Source of the DNA: an archaeon
GTDB taxonomy: Archaea > EX4484-52 > B79-G9
Assembly (NCBI GenBank): GCA_043813875.1
Contig: JBDRKP010000061.1
Coordinates: 1-26,992 of the forward strand
Direction: 5' to 3'
Length of the DNA stretch: 26,992 nt
The translations under genes and the position numbers were made by a program. Below the pieces are notes generated by a model. That model was not told the origin of the DNA. It made no database searches and saw nothing but the letters and a program-made list of their open reading frames with translations. Below, piece by piece: positions 26,703-26,992 of this stretch; the stretch's first letter is position 1, and every line of letters starts with the position of its first letter.

Positions 26703-26870
26703 AATCTTCACCTATAGCCCGCCAGAAGACAGACCACGGGATATAATTACCCTAAGTGGTTAATTAAACTATGCATTTTTTCCTAAAGAACACGCATAAA
26801 ATAACCGGCACAAGATATCGAAATAAATATAAATAGCACCCATGACACCAGAAAATAAAACGAATTTGAG

Positions 26871-26992
26871 GCATCGCCTATCCCCGCAGCAAGCTACGGG
26901 GTATTACGGCGATGCTAATTATTAAGATATCAACTCATCAAAGCCCCCATTCAAGTGCACACGTTCAAAATCGCAGCAAGCTGCGGGGTATT
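26871..26992. repeat. REP-like GC-rich palindromic repeat, two copies
   Basis: CCCCGCAGCAAGCTACGGGG (26882-26901) is nested in GCATCGCC/GGCGATGC (26871-26878/26908-26915). A 21-bp near-identical copy CGCAGCAAGCTGCGGGGTATT lies at 26972-26992. Confidence 0.7.

Noticed and set aside
26885..26992. Start of a CRISPR array
   Set aside because: Only two 21-bp copies with a 66-bp gap, too long for a spacer, and no cas genes in the window.

Overview
Archaeal DNA (TATA-box promoters, many leaderless starts, GGTGA/GGAGG Shine-Dalgarno motifs, archaeal PurP and uS2). The tandem Lrp and AAA_14/DUF4143 genes fit a DPANN-like lineage, but this cannot be proven from the window. Housekeeping content: purS-purL-purQ-purF and purP, rps2-COG2426-MEMO1-methyltransferase, a DUF5320-DUF134-NifX/NifB module, a proB-proC-proA operon, a bactofilin-like membrane protein, an ACT-domain protein, an lsrF-like aldolase/Zn-dehydrogenase operon and a DnaQ-like exonuclease. 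Two AT-rich inserts stand out: two orphan ORFs plus a tandem Lrp between purP and purS, and a PLD nuclease + Upf1/DNA2-like helicase pair resembling a kinase-less Mokosh defence system. The most interesting signals are missing from the ORF track: (i) a leaderless Pro-codon leader peptide, competing RNA helices and an out-of-frame SD-led uORF upstream of proB, suggesting proline-responsive attenuation and/or +1 frameshifting; (ii) a structured 5' leader on rps2; (iii) a 13-aa Lys/Ala micro-ORF with its own promoter-like and SD motifs; (iv) a frameshifted N-acetylglutamate-synthase-like NAT gene; (v) paired palindromic operators; (vi) hairpin-rich repeats at both window ends. No tRNA, rRNA, CRISPR array or transposase was recognised. 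All family calls come from motif recognition, not database searches.
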